60,000 nt of DNA from assembly GCF_963921235.1 (NCBI RefSeq), contig NC_086108.1:74402001-74462000 (forward strand), given 5' to 3'. The notes under the pieces were generated by a model, which had not been told where the DNA came from, did no database searches, and saw only the letters and a list, made by a program, of their open reading frames with translations. A program made the translations under genes and the position numbers. Shown one piece after another: positions 12,462 through 26,200 of this stretch (positions are counted from its first letter, which is position 1; each line of letters opens with the position of its first letter). The DNA comes from Mobula hypostoma (lineage: Eukaryota).

Positions 12462-13129
12462 GTAAGTAGCAGCAAATTTGCTTTCAAATAACCTTTGCAA
12501 CTCAGACAATTTGATTGCGTGTGTGGCATATTAAATTATAGGGGGGAAATTGCAACTAATCTTTACCCGATGCAGGTAAACAGAAGCAATAAGCAGAGCC
12601 TTGCACTGTTGTTGGGGACGTGGGAGACACATCCATGAGGCACATGTGAATCAGACCAAGCATTTAAATGAAGGCAAGAACCTGGTTCAGGCACTCTGGA
12701 TATTTGTGCCCCCATTCCCAAATACCCTTCAGTGCACAAGCAAATTTCTGCAGCAGCAAGTTTACAGACCTAAAGAATATTTTTAGTTTGCTTTCTTGAA
12801 TGAACAGTTTTAATTTCTTTTGCTGCATTTATTAGCGATTTCTTTTTCATTTTTGTTTACTGGGGGCCTCTTTCCACCCCCCACCCCCTTTATTTTACTA
12901 TCTACCAGTCATGGGAGTTTCACTCTGAGTTGCAGGCAAACCTGCTGTGAGAATGGGTGTTTGTTTAGAATTCTTCTTTCACTCTGGATCAGAATTGCAA
13001 GAAGGATGCCAAGAAAATTCATCACAGTATCTGAAACACGTGTTACAAACCTATTTTTTGTCAATCAGTGCTACCTGTACAGATTTTTTAAGTGATATTT
13101 CTTCTTCTTTATTAGCTTTTGCAAGCGTG

Positions 13130-13696
13130 AGGTATATTTTGGAAGGTCAAATGCAAGAGGAAGGTAGACAGTGAATGGCAGTTGCCCTAGGAGTACTGAT
13201 GTACAGGGGGATCTTTGGGTCTCCCTGAAAGTGACAACATTGGTAGATAGATAGGGTGGTAAAGATGTATGTCAAGCTTGCCTTTATTACAGGAAAGGTT
13301 CTAGATTCTAGCATGGATAAAGCAGCAGCTGACTGGCAGGAGGAAAACAGTGGGAATAAAGGGAGCCTTTTCTGGTTGGCTGCTGATGACTAGTGCTGTT
13401 CCACGGGGGTCTGTGTTGGGACCGATTCTTTTTACATTACATGTCAGTGATTTGGATGATGAAGTTGATGGCTTTGTTGCAAAGTTTGCAGACAATATGA
13501 AGCTAGGTGGAGGGACACACCTATGGTAGAAGAAATGAAAGGGATGATTATTTTCTACATGGAGAGAAAATACAAAAAAGAATGAGTGGAGATGGATAAC
13601 CAAGGATTGTTTTTGTTGGACAATGGATAGCAGTATATAAAATTGAGTGGAGTGAATAGGGGAGATGGTCAGAGTCTTTTCTCAGAGTGGAAATAA
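13130..13696 (+). mobile_element. Old CR1 RT fragments (host of the 13.7-17.2 kb insertion; continues at about 17242-17470)
   Basis: SAVPRGSVLGPILF..VAKFADN motif; 3' portion resumes after 17241. Confidence 0.75.
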
Positions 13697-16600
13697 CAGA
13701 AACATAGAAAACATAGAAACGTAGAAAACCTACAGCACAATACAGGCCCTTTGGCCCACGAAGCTGTGCCAAACATGTCCTTACCTTAGAAATTACCTAG
13801 GATTATCCATAGCCCTCTATTTTTCTAATCTCCATGTACCTATCCAGGAGTCTCTTAAAAGACCCTATCGTATCTGCCTCCACCACCACCACCGCCACCG
13901 CCACCGCCAGCAGCCCATTCCACGCACTCACCACTCTCTGCGTAAAAAAAACTTGCCCCTGACATCTCCTCTGTACCTACTTCCAAGCACCTTATAACTG
14001 TGCCCTCTTGTGTTAGCCATTTCAGCCCTGGGAAAAAGCCTCTGACTATCCACATGATCAACGCCTCTCATCATCTTATACACCTCTATCAGGTCACCTC
14101 TCATCCTCCGTCCCTCCAAGGAGAAAAGGCCAAGTTCACTCAACCTATTCTCATGAGGCATGCTCCCCAATCCAGGCAACATCCTTGTAAATCTTCTCTG
14201 CACCCTTTCTATAGTTTCCAAATCCTTCCTGTAATGGGGTGACCAGAACTGAGCACAGTACTCCAAATGGGGTCTGACCAGGGTCCTCTAAAGCCGTAAC
14301 ATTACCTCTCAGTTCTTAAACTCAATCCCATGGTTGATGAAGGCCAATGTGCCATATGCCTTCTTAACCACCGAGTCAACCTGCGCAGCAGCTTTGAGTG
14401 TCCTATGGACTCAAACCCCAAGATCCCTCTGATCGTCCACACTGCCAAGAGTCTTAGCATTAATACTATATTCTGCCATCATATTTGACCTACCAAAATG
14501 AACAACTTCACACTTATCTGGGTTGAACTCCATCTGCCACTTCTCAGCCCAGTTTTGCATCCTATCGATGTCCCACTGTAACCTCTGACAGCCCTCCACA
14601 CTATCCACAACAACCCCAACCTTTGTGTCATCAGCAAATTTACTAACCCATCCCTCCACTTCCTCATCCAGGTCATTTATAAAAATCTCAAAGAGTAAGG
14701 GTCCCAGAACAGATCCCTGAGGCACACCACTGGTCACAGACCTCCATGCAGAATATGACCCATCTACAACCACTCTCTGCCTTCTGTGGGCAAGCCAGTT
14801 CTGGATCCACAAAGCAATGTCCCCTTGGATCCCATGCCTCCTTACTTTCTCAATAAGCCTTGCATGGAGTACCTTATCAAATGCCTTGCTGAAATCCATA
14901 TACACTACATCTACAGCTCTACCTTCATCAATGTGTTTAGTCACATCCTCAAAAAATTCAATCAGGCTCGCAAGTAACAACCTGCCTTTGACAAAGCCAT
15001 GCTGACTATTCTTAATCATATTATGCCTCTCCAAATGTTCTTAAATCCTGCCTCTCAGGATCTTCTCCATCAACTTACCGACTACTGCAGTAAGACTCAC
15101 AGGTCTATAATTTCCTGGGCTATCTCTACTCCCTTTCTTGAATAATGGAACAATATCTGCAATCCTCCAATCCTCTGGAACCTCATCTGTCCCCATTGAT
15201 GATGCAAAGATCATTGCTAGAGGCTCATCAATCTCCTCCCTCACCTCCCACAGTAGCCTGGGGTATATCTCATCCAGTCCCAGAGACTTATCTAACTTAA
15301 TGCTTTTCAAAAGCTCTAGCACATCCTCTTTCTTGATATCTATATGCTCAAGCTTTTCAGTCTGCTGTAAGTCGTCCCTACAATCGCCAAGGTCCTTTTC
15401 TGTAGCGAATACTGAAGCAAAGTATTCATTAAGTACTTCCACTATCTCCTTCAGGTCTACACACACTTTTCCACTGTCACACCTTTGCAGAATTCCACGC
15501 AAATATCCCTTAAAGATTTGCCACATTTCTGCCGTACATTTCCCTGAGAACATTTGTTCCCAATTTATAGTTCCTGCCTGATAACTTCATATTTCCCCTT
15601 ATTCTAATTAAACATTTTACTAACTTGTCTGTTCCTATCCCTCGCCAATGCTATGGTAAAGGAGATAGAATTATGATCACTTTCTCCAAAATGCTCTCCC
15701 ACTGAGAGATCTGACACCTGAGCAGGTTCATTTCCCAATACCAGATCAAGTACAGACTCTCCTGTTGTAGGCTTATCTACATATTGTGTCAAGAAACCTT
15801 CCTGAACACACCTAACAAACTCCATCTAATCCCCTTGCTCTAGGAAGATGCCAATCAATATTTGGGAAATTAAAATCTCCCACCACAACTACCCTGTTAT
15901 TAATACACCTTTCCAGAATTTGTCTCCCTATCTGCTCCTCTATGTCCCTGTTACTATTGGGTGGTCTATAAAAATCACCCAGTAGAGTTATTGACTCCTT
16001 CCTGTTCCTAACTTCCACCCACAGAGACTCCTTAGACAACCCCTCCATGACTTCTTCCTTTTCTGCAGCCATGACACTATCTCTGTTCAGCAGTGCCACG
16101 CCCCCACCTCTTTTGCCTCCCTCCCTGTCCTTTCTGAAACATCTAAAGCCTGGCACTCTAAGTAATCATTTCTGCCCCGAGCCATTCAAGTCTTTCTAAT
16201 GGCTACAACATCATAGCTCCAAGTACTGATCCACGTTCTAAGCTCATTCACTTTGTTCATGATACTTCTTGCATTAATATAGACATATCTCAAACCGTCA
16301 GTCTGTTCTCTATAACCTGCCTTATCTCCCTCTCACACTGCCTACAAGCTTTCTTTATTTGTGAGCCAACCGCCTCTTCCTCTGTTTCTTCAGCTTTGTT
16401 CCCACCCCCCAGCAGTTCTAGTTTAAACTCTCCCCAAAAGCCTTAGCAAACCTCCCTGCCAGGATATTGGTCCCAATGATCCAGAAAACTGAATCCCTGC
16501 CCCTTCTCCAATCCCTCAGCCACGCATTTATCCTCCACCTCACTCTATTCCTATACTCACTGTCATGTGGCAGAGGCAGTAATCCCAAGGTTAATACCTT

Positions 16601-17241
16601 TGCGGTCCTACTTCTCAGCTTCTTTCCTAACTCCCTGTAGTCTGTTTTCAGGACCTCCTCCCTTTTCCTACCTATGTCGTTGGTGCCAATATGTACCACG
16701 ACCTCTGGCTGTGGTACTTATTGTTAAGGGGGACAACCACAGGGGTGCACTCTACTATCTGACTCTTGTCCTTCCCTCTCCTGACTGTTACCCACTTATC
16801 CATCTCCCGAGGCCCCAGTGTGACTACTTGCCTGTAGCTCCTCTATCACCTCCTCACTTTCCCTGACTAGATGAAAGTCATCAAGCTGCATCTCCAGTTC
16901 CCTAAGGAGCTGCAGCTCGACACACCTGGCACAAATGTGGCCATCTGGGAGGCTGGGAGTCTCCCAGACATCCCACATCTGACACCCAATACAGACAACA
17001 GCCTCACAGACATACTTCCTATTCCTCACAAGTAGCTTACCTCGCCTCAACCTGTTATCACCGAAGCCCTGTCGAACCCAAGCCCTCCTACTCTGACCCC
17101 CTGTACTTTACACCAGCTCTATAAAGGTGTCTTTTTTAAAATCCTACCCTCTGGTCTAACTCGCCGACGTCCACACGCTTGCACAGTCGTGCCTCGATCA
17201 AACCACTGAGGAAAAACTGTCTTTTGTAAAATCCTTCCCGC
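13697..17241 (-). mobile_element. Near full-length CR1 LINE: ORF1 (Zn finger plus SGNH esterase), ORF2 (APE endonuclease plus RT), (tttctatg)n tail; disabled
   Basis: CIGCQMW..CARC; VHIGTNDIG; FRKDR..RGGGVALL..YRPPN..GDFNFPNIDW; LDLVLGNE..SDHN; NYRPVSLT; QHGF..YMDFSKAFDKV..GVPQGSVLGPLLF..FADDTK; tail agaaacatagaaaacatagaaac on plus; stops and an internal deletion near 15480. Confidence 0.95.
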
Positions 17242-18244
17242 CCAGTACTAGATAGCAGAAGTTTAAGGCAAGAGGGAAAATTTTAAGTGAGGTGTGGGAG
17301 AAAACTATTTTTCACAGAGGGTGGTAGAGTTGGTGGAAGCAGATATGACAGCAACAGTTCACAGACATTTTGATAAATACATGAACAGCTGGGGAACAGT
17401 GGGATATTGTGCAAGCAGATGGAATTGGATTGGCAGACACAAGGCCTGTTCATGTGCTTTATCGTTCTAGACTTACTACTGTGCTTCTGAGTCAGACAAA
17501 GAGTGAAGGTCAGGGTCGGATGAGCCAAGGAAGTAGGTCTCTGGAATAGGAGTGTGGATAAAAAGCAGTGGAGGTTTTCGTGGGGTGGAAAGTCAAGGAA
17601 AGCAAGCCCAGTGATTGGGTGGATAAAGAAAGCAGAGGGGTACATCTGGTTTCCAGGGAAGGTGGAGCTGGGAATGAGGAGAAACAGATTCAATGACAGG
17701 GGCATGGAATGAAGGTGAAGGTGAAGGTCAAGATCCAGGACATGCATGGTAGGTCAGGGAATAGGGGAAGAGAATGTCACCTATTTTTAATTTATTTACA
17801 TACTATTTCATTTATTGTGATCTGGATATCACTGACAATGCCAGCATTGCCCATCTCTAAATGCCCTTGATAAAATTGTTGAGCTGCTGTGGTTCTTTTC
17901 TTGAACGTCCTCCTACACTGATGTCAGGGAGGGAGTTCCAGGATTTGGATGTGTAAACAAGATGGAACAGTGATACCTTTCCACGACAGGATGGTGTGGA
18001 GCTTGTGCGAGAACCTGTAGGTGGTGGTGTTCTGTGCACTGACTGTCCTTGTCATTCATCAAGGTAGGGGTCAAGCAACATGCCAACACAGAATGCTGTC
18101 AAGGAGGATTATCACCAGGAAAAAAAGAGAGAAACTTTAGTTCCTAAGTAACAAACATTACCAAAGCAAAGGCAAAATTGCCTTTACACCGATCCCCATA
18201 CACCTGCCTTCTCACCATATCCTTTGATGCCCTCTCCAATCAGG

Positions 18245-18995
18245 ATGCCCTTGTCCATTTGTCCCTCCCAACTGATCTCCCTCCTGGCATTAATCCTTGC
18301 AAATGGAACAAGTGCTACACCTGCTCCCTCACTACTATTTAGGGCCCCAAACAGTCCTTCAGGTGAGGCAACACTTCACCTGTGAGTCTGTTGGGGTCAT
18401 CTACCGTATCGGCTGCTCTGGGTGTGGCCTGTTTTATATCAGTGAGACCTGACATAGATGGGGAGACTGCTTTGCTGAGCACCTATGCTCTGTCCACCAG
18501 AAAAAGTAGGAACTCCCAGTGGCCACCCATTTTAATTCCACTTCCCATTCCCATTCCGACATGTCAGTCCATGGCCTCCTCTACTGTCACAATGAGGCCA
18601 GACTCAGGTTGGAGGAGCAACATCTTACATTCTGTCTGGGTAGTCTCCAACCTGATGGCCTGAACATCAAGTTGTTGAACTTCTGGTAACGGCCCCCCTT
18701 CACCAATCCCCATCCCCTTTTCCTTCTCTCACCTTAACTCCTTGCCTGCCCATCACCTCCCTCTGGAGCCCCTCCCTCTTTTCTTTCTTCCATGACCTTC
18801 TGTCCTCTCCTATTAGATTCTCCCTTCTCCAGCCCTGTACCTCTCTCTCCAATCAACCTCCCAACCCTTTACTTCACCCCTTTTCGTTTCCTCCAGTTCG
18901 GATCAAGGGTCTAGGCCCGAAATGTCGACTGTTTACTGTTTTCCATAGATGCTGCCTGGCCTGCTGAGTTCCTCCAGCATTTGATGTGTGTTTCT
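18245..18995 (+). mobile_element. Penelope-like element 3' part (Zn-knuckle plus GIY-YIG endonuclease, terminal repeat), degenerate
   Basis: CKWNKCYTC..FTCESVGVIYRIGCSGCGLFYISET; PVATHFNSTSHSHSDMS; terminal repeat with decayed hammerhead at about 18895-18932. Confidence 0.85.
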
Positions 18996-19013
18996 TTTAT
19001 AACTTATATTTAG

Positions 19014-19168
19014 CCTGTCTACGTACATCATGCAAGACAATCGCCACCATCTTTGCCATTTACTGGGGGTGATGGATTTGACCTGTATATCGATGGAGCG
19101 CGATTCCTCCCAGATGCTGTCACCATCAGCAGAGTTACTGGCTGTATGTTTGACCGGAACTATAACCA
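19014..19168 (+). CDS. CCDC17: Coding exon: PVYVHHARQSPPSLPFTGGDGFDLYIDGARFLPDAVTISRVTGCMFDRNYNQ (start of C2-like module 2)
   Basis: atatttag acceptor, gtgagc donor, phase 0 to 2. Confidence 0.85.
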
Positions 19169-20440
19169 GTGAGCACAGATTGTTTTGTGCAAGAGCAGTA
19201 ATTTTTAAGCTTGGGGTAGAAAATGCCATCAATTTTCATTTTAGTACCTATTTTCTTTTAATCTACTGTTATGATTAGACTTTTGCAGTGTATTTGGCTT
19301 TTGCTTTTTCCACGATGAGAGACTGCTGTTGTATTTTTATATTTCAATGGGGGCCTCTAGTGGTAACAAACTTGACAAATGTTCCGGACAGATTCCAGCA
19401 ATGGAAAGCTTTAGGTCCAATCTACCTAAACGCCACTGGCAATATCCAGGTGTAATTATAACTTTTTTGAGGAGGTGGTCATCCATCAAGGCTAGAATCC
19501 CTCCAAAAATTATAGGGCTAATTATCAGTGTTTACAATTGAGCTTCCTGTATTTGCTTCCTTATGAGGGCTGCATTGATTTGGTCAACTCAGTGTTTTTT
19601 AGGCCATGAATTGGCTTGAGCAGCTGTTATTTTACAGAATAATTCAGCCAAGAATTCCTCTCAAAATAAGCATTGAATTATCTGTTGATAGTGGCTGACT
19701 GATCTTATTAAGGAAACATGACCAGTTGGACAAGGCATTGGATGATGAAATTACAGAGTTCCAGGAGGCGAGAAGAAAAAATTGGGGGATACAGCATGCT
19801 TAGTTTCTGGCAAAACTTTATAAACGTTAACTTTATTTGATAGTTCTCCCTTGTCTTTACCAGTGTAAGAGTATTAAGCAGTTTAGTTATGAAGCAGTTG
19901 AATTACACTGTTGCCATTAATTATATGTTAAAATCAACTAATATCAACTGCATCTTAAAATCAATGGAATCCTGGAGAAACACAATAAACATCTTTTCTG
20001 TACAGCAAATGTGCAAATTTAAACTTAAGGCATGTGGTTAGAACTTCCAGTCGGTTTCAAATATTCACAATTTTCGATCATTTTTCCTGAGCTTCTGAGG
20101 GTCCATCACTTTCATTTGGACGCGCAGCAGAAGTGAAAGTCCATCCAAAGCCACATCACAATATTCAAATCTGTTGACTTAATTTTTCTTTTGCCCGAAG
20201 AAGACTGGACACTTTTCCCTTACCTCTTATATGATGGAATAAGAAATTCAGAGATAATTAGCAATGTGTTCTGTTTTAGAAATGTGTATTAAAGGGGCTA
20301 CCCACTGACTGGTGTTGCTAAGTGAATGTATTTCTCAACCGATAAACACTAAAATTATGGTGAAACTCACATTTATCAATTATATACTACTTCACATAAA
20401 ACATATCTTCCTTCATGTTTTTACTTCCATTTTGTCAAAG

Positions 20441-20561
20441 AATTGGTCCAAGCATATCTTCGGGGATTGATCTGAACAGTAACATATTTGAGCCCTTTTA
20501 CAATCAACGTGTTAAATTCAGGAACCCTCGGATGCCACCATCAGCTACGTTACTACTTAAG
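20441..20561 (+). CDS. CCDC17: Coding exon: IGPSISSGIDLNSNIFEPFYNQRVKFRNPRMPPSATLLLK
   Basis: tttgtcaaag acceptor, gtaatt donor, phase 2 to 0. Confidence 0.85.
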
Positions 20562-20794
20562 GTAATTGCAAATTCATAGGTATTTATTGCATATTGACAG
20601 AAAAATAACCACAATGTGCAATGGAATATGTGGAAATCAAGTATATATCTACTGGGCATTAGTAGATTAAGGTCAGAAAATGAAAGCAGGATTCAATTTA
20701 ACACACAAATTTAATACGGGGCAGTAAATAGAATGCTTAATTATATTGCTTGGAACATAACAAAACTGTAGACCAAAGGAATTAGTGAACATGT

Positions 20795-21120
20795 ATATTA
20801 TTGAAGTCTGCTTGAAGCAGGTGGACAGCTCACACTTCGAAGTGAAAGTTGAAAGATCACAGTGAACACTTCAGTCAACTGATCAGCACAAGTCTTTAGT
20901 ACTTGGTCAGGTACCCCATCTGGACTGGATGCTTTCCATGGCTTTACCCTCCTGAAGGATGCTCGCACGTTGGCCTCAGAGACTGAAATCACAGGGTCAT
21001 TTGGGGCTGTGGAAGTTCATGGAAGTGCCTCCATGTTTTAATGGTCAAAGCGGGCACAAAAGGCATTGAGCTCATCTGGGAGCGAAGCTCTGCTTATCAC
21101 CTGTGTTGCTTGGTTTTGTA
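20795..21120 (-). mobile_element. Rex1/Babar-type RT fragment
   Basis: ISVSEANVRASFRRVKPWKASSPDGVPDQVLKTCADQL. Confidence 0.75.
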
Positions 21121-22950
21121 TGATTCTGAAATCATACTTTTCTCACTTAACGATCTTAGCTTAAACAAGATCTGCTTAAATTTAGTGTGTGACTGTGATG
21201 GTTTAATAATTATTCCCAGTTTTGGAAGGCTCTGTTTGTGAAGTCTACTTGCAATGTTGTTGTTCCTAAAGAGCAGAGTGCTAGGAATGATGAGTTAAAT
21301 GTCAGAATCAGAATGTCGAGAGTTTGAGGGAAGAGTTTTCAGAGTTCTAAAAGAAAGAGGATGATGATTATAATCCACAGAAATAATTTTGAGGATCAGA
21401 AATAAAACTATTTAACACTTTGAACTTAAGAACATGAGTTTAAGATTCAAATGATTGAAATTGTAGTTGATTTGCCAAGATACAGAGACGAGCTTATCCT
21501 GCATGTTGTTAAATATTTGGGGAAGAGAACACAGAATGGAAATGAAATCTAAAAAATATCTCACTGGAATAGATTAACAGAAATTTGAGCTTACCGAAAC
21601 TTCTAAAAACTGTTAATAAAATGATTCAAAGGGCAAAAGAAATAGATGAGATATACAGGGGCAATTCACTATAGAAGCAAAGAGGGGCTTGATTATGTAC
21701 AGACTCATTGGAGCACTATATTTACTTTTAGACACCCTAGCAAAGGATAATAGCCTCATTTTAAAAGTGCTTACTGTATTACCTGACTCCATGTTAGAAA
21801 TGAGAGGATAGTGGTGTAATCTTGTGTTGGAATTTTTTATCTATGTTCATTAGAGCAGTGAACAATGGAAAAACAATAAATACTTTGATGGGATTTGAAA
21901 TTGGAATTATGATTGTCATGTGTATTGTGATACAGTGAAAAACCTGTCTTGCCTACTGTTCGTACAGGTCAGATGATTATACAGTGCATTGAGTTAGAAC
22001 AAGGAAAAACAATAACACCATTATCCTAAATAACAATGCAGATATAGTATAAAAGCTACAGAGTAAGTGCAGAGCAGGTAAACAATAAGATGCAAAATCA
22101 TAACAAGGTCAACAGTCCAACTTATCTCACTGGGGAACTATTTAATAGACTTATAACAGTACGGTAGAAGGTGTCTATATACTTCAGCCTGATCTGTAAC
22201 TGGCGATAGATACCTATCAAACTAGCTTACAAAGAAAGTGTAAAAGAATCAATGTTAAAGTGGATGGAAAGGGTGGAAGATTGTTTGAACAGTGACATTA
22301 CAGGCTAATTGGAGCCTTTGTACTTAATAAAAGTGCAAATGCAGGTCAAGAACAAACAGAAAATGGTTCATTTTTAGATTTCTAATGCCTATGTGATACT
22401 TTCAAATTGAGTATTAATGCATGATAATCTATTGATGGTAAAACTAGGTGCTGACATATGTAATAATGAATCCCAGAATGTGATTTTTACAATGGTAGTA
22501 TTTTTGCATGTGGTATTCATAATGACTCTCAAGAGGTCCTGAGAATGTGTTTCCATTTCCAACTGGATGATATATCTGCTTTGTAATGGTGGAGTAAGTG
22601 AATGGAACTGATTCTATTACTACATAGTTCAGGAACAAAAGGTCACAGATTTTAAAATCTGGGTGGAAGATACAAAGGTGATTGTTTTTTAAAACTCAAT
22701 GTAATGATCCGCTATTCACTCCTCATAGATTTTGTTGCTACAGAGCCCATCAGTATATTTACAAGAGGCATTTGAGAGAAGATCACTTGCAGGACTATGA
22801 GGAAGAGCAAGGAAATGGGACAGATGGGAGATCTCTGCCAGACGTTGGCATGCACTGTGGCCTCATGATTCCAAGATTCCAAGCAACATTTTTCAGAAGC
22901 CTCCAATGTGCTAAATGCTTACATTTTTCATTAAATGTGATGTTCCCTAG

Positions 22951-23067
22951 GTTTACACCATTGACAGATTCAGTTTGAAGTTGGTTTTGATTGGCTGGGC
23001 AGCTCTAAATGTCTTTGTGGAGTCAGGCAATGAAAGGGCCCCAAATGTGGATTCTGGAGTGGTTCAG
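22951..23067 (+). CDS. CCDC17: Coding exon: VYTIDRFSLKLVLIGWAALNVFVESGNERAPNVDSGVVQ
   Basis: ttccctag acceptor, gtaaat donor, 117 nt, phase 0/0. Confidence 0.85.
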
Positions 23068-23279
23068 GTAAATAATATCCAATGCACAGAATGAGATTGA
23101 AGTTTACAGAATTAAATATTATTGTAAGGTTTATTGCCATTCCACTAATAAAATTGTTACATTTAAAATATTATTGTCCAATAATTTTTGATGGGAAGGG
23201 CAAAATGATCCAGTCTATTGATGTTACTTCTATTTCCCTGTTCCTAGTTCCCTCTTCAATCTCTTCCACATGATCTTGA

Positions 23280-23868
23280 CTGCATTTTACAGGAGCACCA
23301 TTGAGAGCATCCTGACAAGTTGCATCTCCATCTGGTATGGGAGCAGTTGAGCATCGGACCAGAAATCCCTACAAAGGACTGTGAGAACAGCTGAGAGGAT
23401 CATAGGGGGTCTTGCTACTATCCATTAGGGACATTCATCAGGAGCACTATGTACACAGGCACTTAGTATTATTAAGGATCCCGCCCATCCATCCAACATC
23501 CGCTTTGACTTTCTACCATCAGGCAGGAGACTCCAATGCAGGAAAACAACAATAGTCAGGATACGAAACAGTTTCTTCTCCAGGCTATTAGGCTTCTGAG
23601 CTCCCTGCCGCAATGTATTCAAAGTGTTCCTGATTAATCTGTTCTGTACCTTACAATATTTAACATCAATGCACTTCAGCTTGTTATTTATGTGTGATTC
23701 ATCTGTAGATCTTATCTTTACCTTCATAAGTTATTGTGTGTTACGTGTACTACAGTACTGTGCTTTACACCCTGGTTCAGAGAAACCTTGTCTAGTTTCC
23801 ATATTCATTTTATGGTGTATATGTTACATACATGTGCATAGTTAAATGACAGTAAACTTGACTTGAGC
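23280..23868 (+). mobile_element. Rex1/Babar-type LINE 3' fragment
   Basis: FYRSTIESILTSCISIWYG..LQRTVRTAERIIG..FLPSGRRL..RIRNSFF; tail aaacttgacttga. Confidence 0.8.
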
Positions 23869-25196
23869 TGTTCATGAAAGGATTATTTGCTAAATTATTT
23901 ATGAAATCTCTTCCACTCTTCCTCTTTTCTCTCTCCCCCATTTTTATCAGCCTTTGAAATTAAACATTGGGCTTTCAAAAAGAAACAACCAGTGGGCACT
24001 CGATACTAATAGCCAGTGCACACTCCAGTGCTTGAGCTCTAATTATATTCAGTAAAACAAGTCCAGTTCCATTCGAACATTGCAGAGCAATAATACAACA
24101 TGTAGTGCTACTGTATTAATGTTCCTTTCACCTTCTTACCCTTTCACTTTGAACAAAGGAGCTTTCTTGTCCTCCTTTGTACTCGTAACTTGCACGGATT
24201 GTTTATTGTGCTAATTTTACAATGATACCAAGTACTGTAATGATTTTGGCCTGATTCCATGTCTTTTGGCTGAATAAAACAGAAGCATTCAAATCATGTG
24301 GCTTTGAACATGAATAGTGAATGTCAAGTTCTAATTGACAAAGCAGATCTTCGGTGCTCCAGGTGACACTCAATGGATGTCTTTGAAAAAGTGTTACAGG
24401 ACCGTAGACCTGATAGATTGACATAAAATTCGAGTGCACCATTTTCTGCTGGTGGCGTTATGCCTCCCCAGTCCTGTTCAACCTGTAATTTTTTTAGTCA
24501 ACGATCATCACAGTAAAAACATTTCTGTGCAGAGAAAATTTCATTGATCTTGGTAACAGTCTTGTGGGGGGAAAAAACAAATTCTTGATTATCAATCTGA
24601 ATTATTATTCACACAAGCATTTTGAAGGGTATTTGACTACTTATCACTAAAAGTTATCCTTCAAATTTAATGGCTTTCGTAGCAATAAATCTGTATAACT
24701 GAAGGGAGTGAATTAATAGAACCACAGTTAGCTTTGATGGAAACAGATCTCATCTGTTTACTGCTGAGACTGAGTTGAGATGCAGAGGAGGAAGATAACA
24801 GTACTCTCAATACAAATATTGCCTGAGCTTTCATTGAGAGATGCAGGAAAGTCAGAATTGTGTACTTAATTTTGTGTGAAAACCAATCAAACGTGTATGA
24901 ACAAGGTTATATTCACATGGTCAAGTGCTTTATACACAAATAAGATTAACTGCACAATATTGTTGTACCTGACCCCAGCAAATCTCACAGATTAAAATGG
25001 AAAACTGACACTGGAAAATCTTTAGTAAAAGCAACATTGCTCCATTTGTATACATTAGTTACTCAAAGTTCTTTTTTATATTTCACTTTTGCTATCTTCC
25101 ATATCATGATTTTTATTTCATTATTTCATGTTTTGAATTTTTTTAACTTTGGAAATCCAGCTGACCTTTTCCAAATATATCACCCTGATCTGACAG

Positions 25197-25291
25197 ATCT
25201 CACTGAACGAAGGAGCACACCAGCTGCGGTTGTACTATGATGGACCTGACCCAGATAACCCATTATCAGTCAATGCTCTTACAGTAGGAAG
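25197..25291 (+). CDS. CCDC17: Coding exon: ISLNEGAHQLRLYYDGPDPDNPLSVNALTVGR
   Basis: ctgacag acceptor, gtgagt donor, phase 0 to 2. Confidence 0.85.
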
Positions 25292-25985
25292 GTGAGTCTC
25301 ATTTCAGTGCTTCAAAATGTTGCAATGGCAACATGAGTATGAAACACACACAAAACGCAGGAGGAACTCAGCAGGTCGGGCAGCATGGAGAGGAATAAAG
25401 ATATGGCATTTTGGGCCCAGACCCTTCGTGAGTTCTGATGCTTCATGCACCCATGCTGAGCTCATCAATTTCATCAGCTTTGCTTCCAACTTCCTCTCTG
25501 CCCCTAAATTCACTTGGTCCATTTCTGACACCTCTCTTCCCTTTCTTGATCTATCTCTCTTCATCTCTGGAGACTGTCTACTGACAACTTTTATAAACAC
25601 AAACACGAGGAAATCTGCAGATGCTGGAATTTCAAGCAACACACATAAAAGTTGCTGGTGAATGCAGCAGGCCAGGCAGCATCTATAGGAAGAGGTACAA
25701 AATCTGGGAGATCGTTTGGCTGAACACCTACACGCTGTCCGCCAGAGAAAGCAGGATCTCCCGGTGGCCACACATTTTAATTCCACATCCCATTCCCATT
25801 CTGATATATCTATCCACGGCTTCCTCTACTGTAAAGATGAAGCCACACCCAGGTTGGAGGAACAACACCTTATATTCCGTCTGGGTAGCCTTCAACCTGA
25901 TGGCATGAACATTGACTTCTCAAACTTCCGCCAATGCCCAACCTCCCCCTCGTACCCCATCCGTTATTTATTTATATACACATAT

Positions 25986-25990
<5 letters not shown>

Positions 25991-26058
<68 letters not shown>
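25991..26058. repeat. (CT)34 microsatellite
   Basis: Perfect dinucleotide run inside the Penelope copy. Confidence 0.98.
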
Positions 26059-26061
<3 letters not shown>

Positions 26062-26162
26062 TTTTCTCCCTCTGTCCCTCTCACTATACCCCTTGCCCAT
26101 CCTCTGGGCTTTTTCCCCCTCCCCCTCCCACTTTCAAATCTCTTACTAGCTCTTCTTTCAGT

Positions 26163-26200
26163 TAGTCCTGATGAAGGGTCTCAGCCCGAAATGTCGACTG
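26163..26200 (+). ncRNA. Minimal type I hammerhead ribozyme motif (Penelope-associated)
   Basis: tAGTC CTGATGA a GGGT ctca GCCC GAAA tGTC GACTg: stem I AGTC/GACT, CUGANGA, stem II, GAAA, GUC cleavage triplet. Confidence 0.75.

Noticed and set aside
20105..20145. Short inverted repeat actttca...tgaaagt
   Set aside because: Only a 7-9-bp stem, expected by chance; no snoRNA or miRNA hallmarks seen.
22682..22978. 98-aa ORF with acidic stretch and an apparent acceptor near 22728
   Set aside because: Resembles a decayed CR1 3' end; the true exon (22951-23067) is in another frame and joins its neighbours without it.
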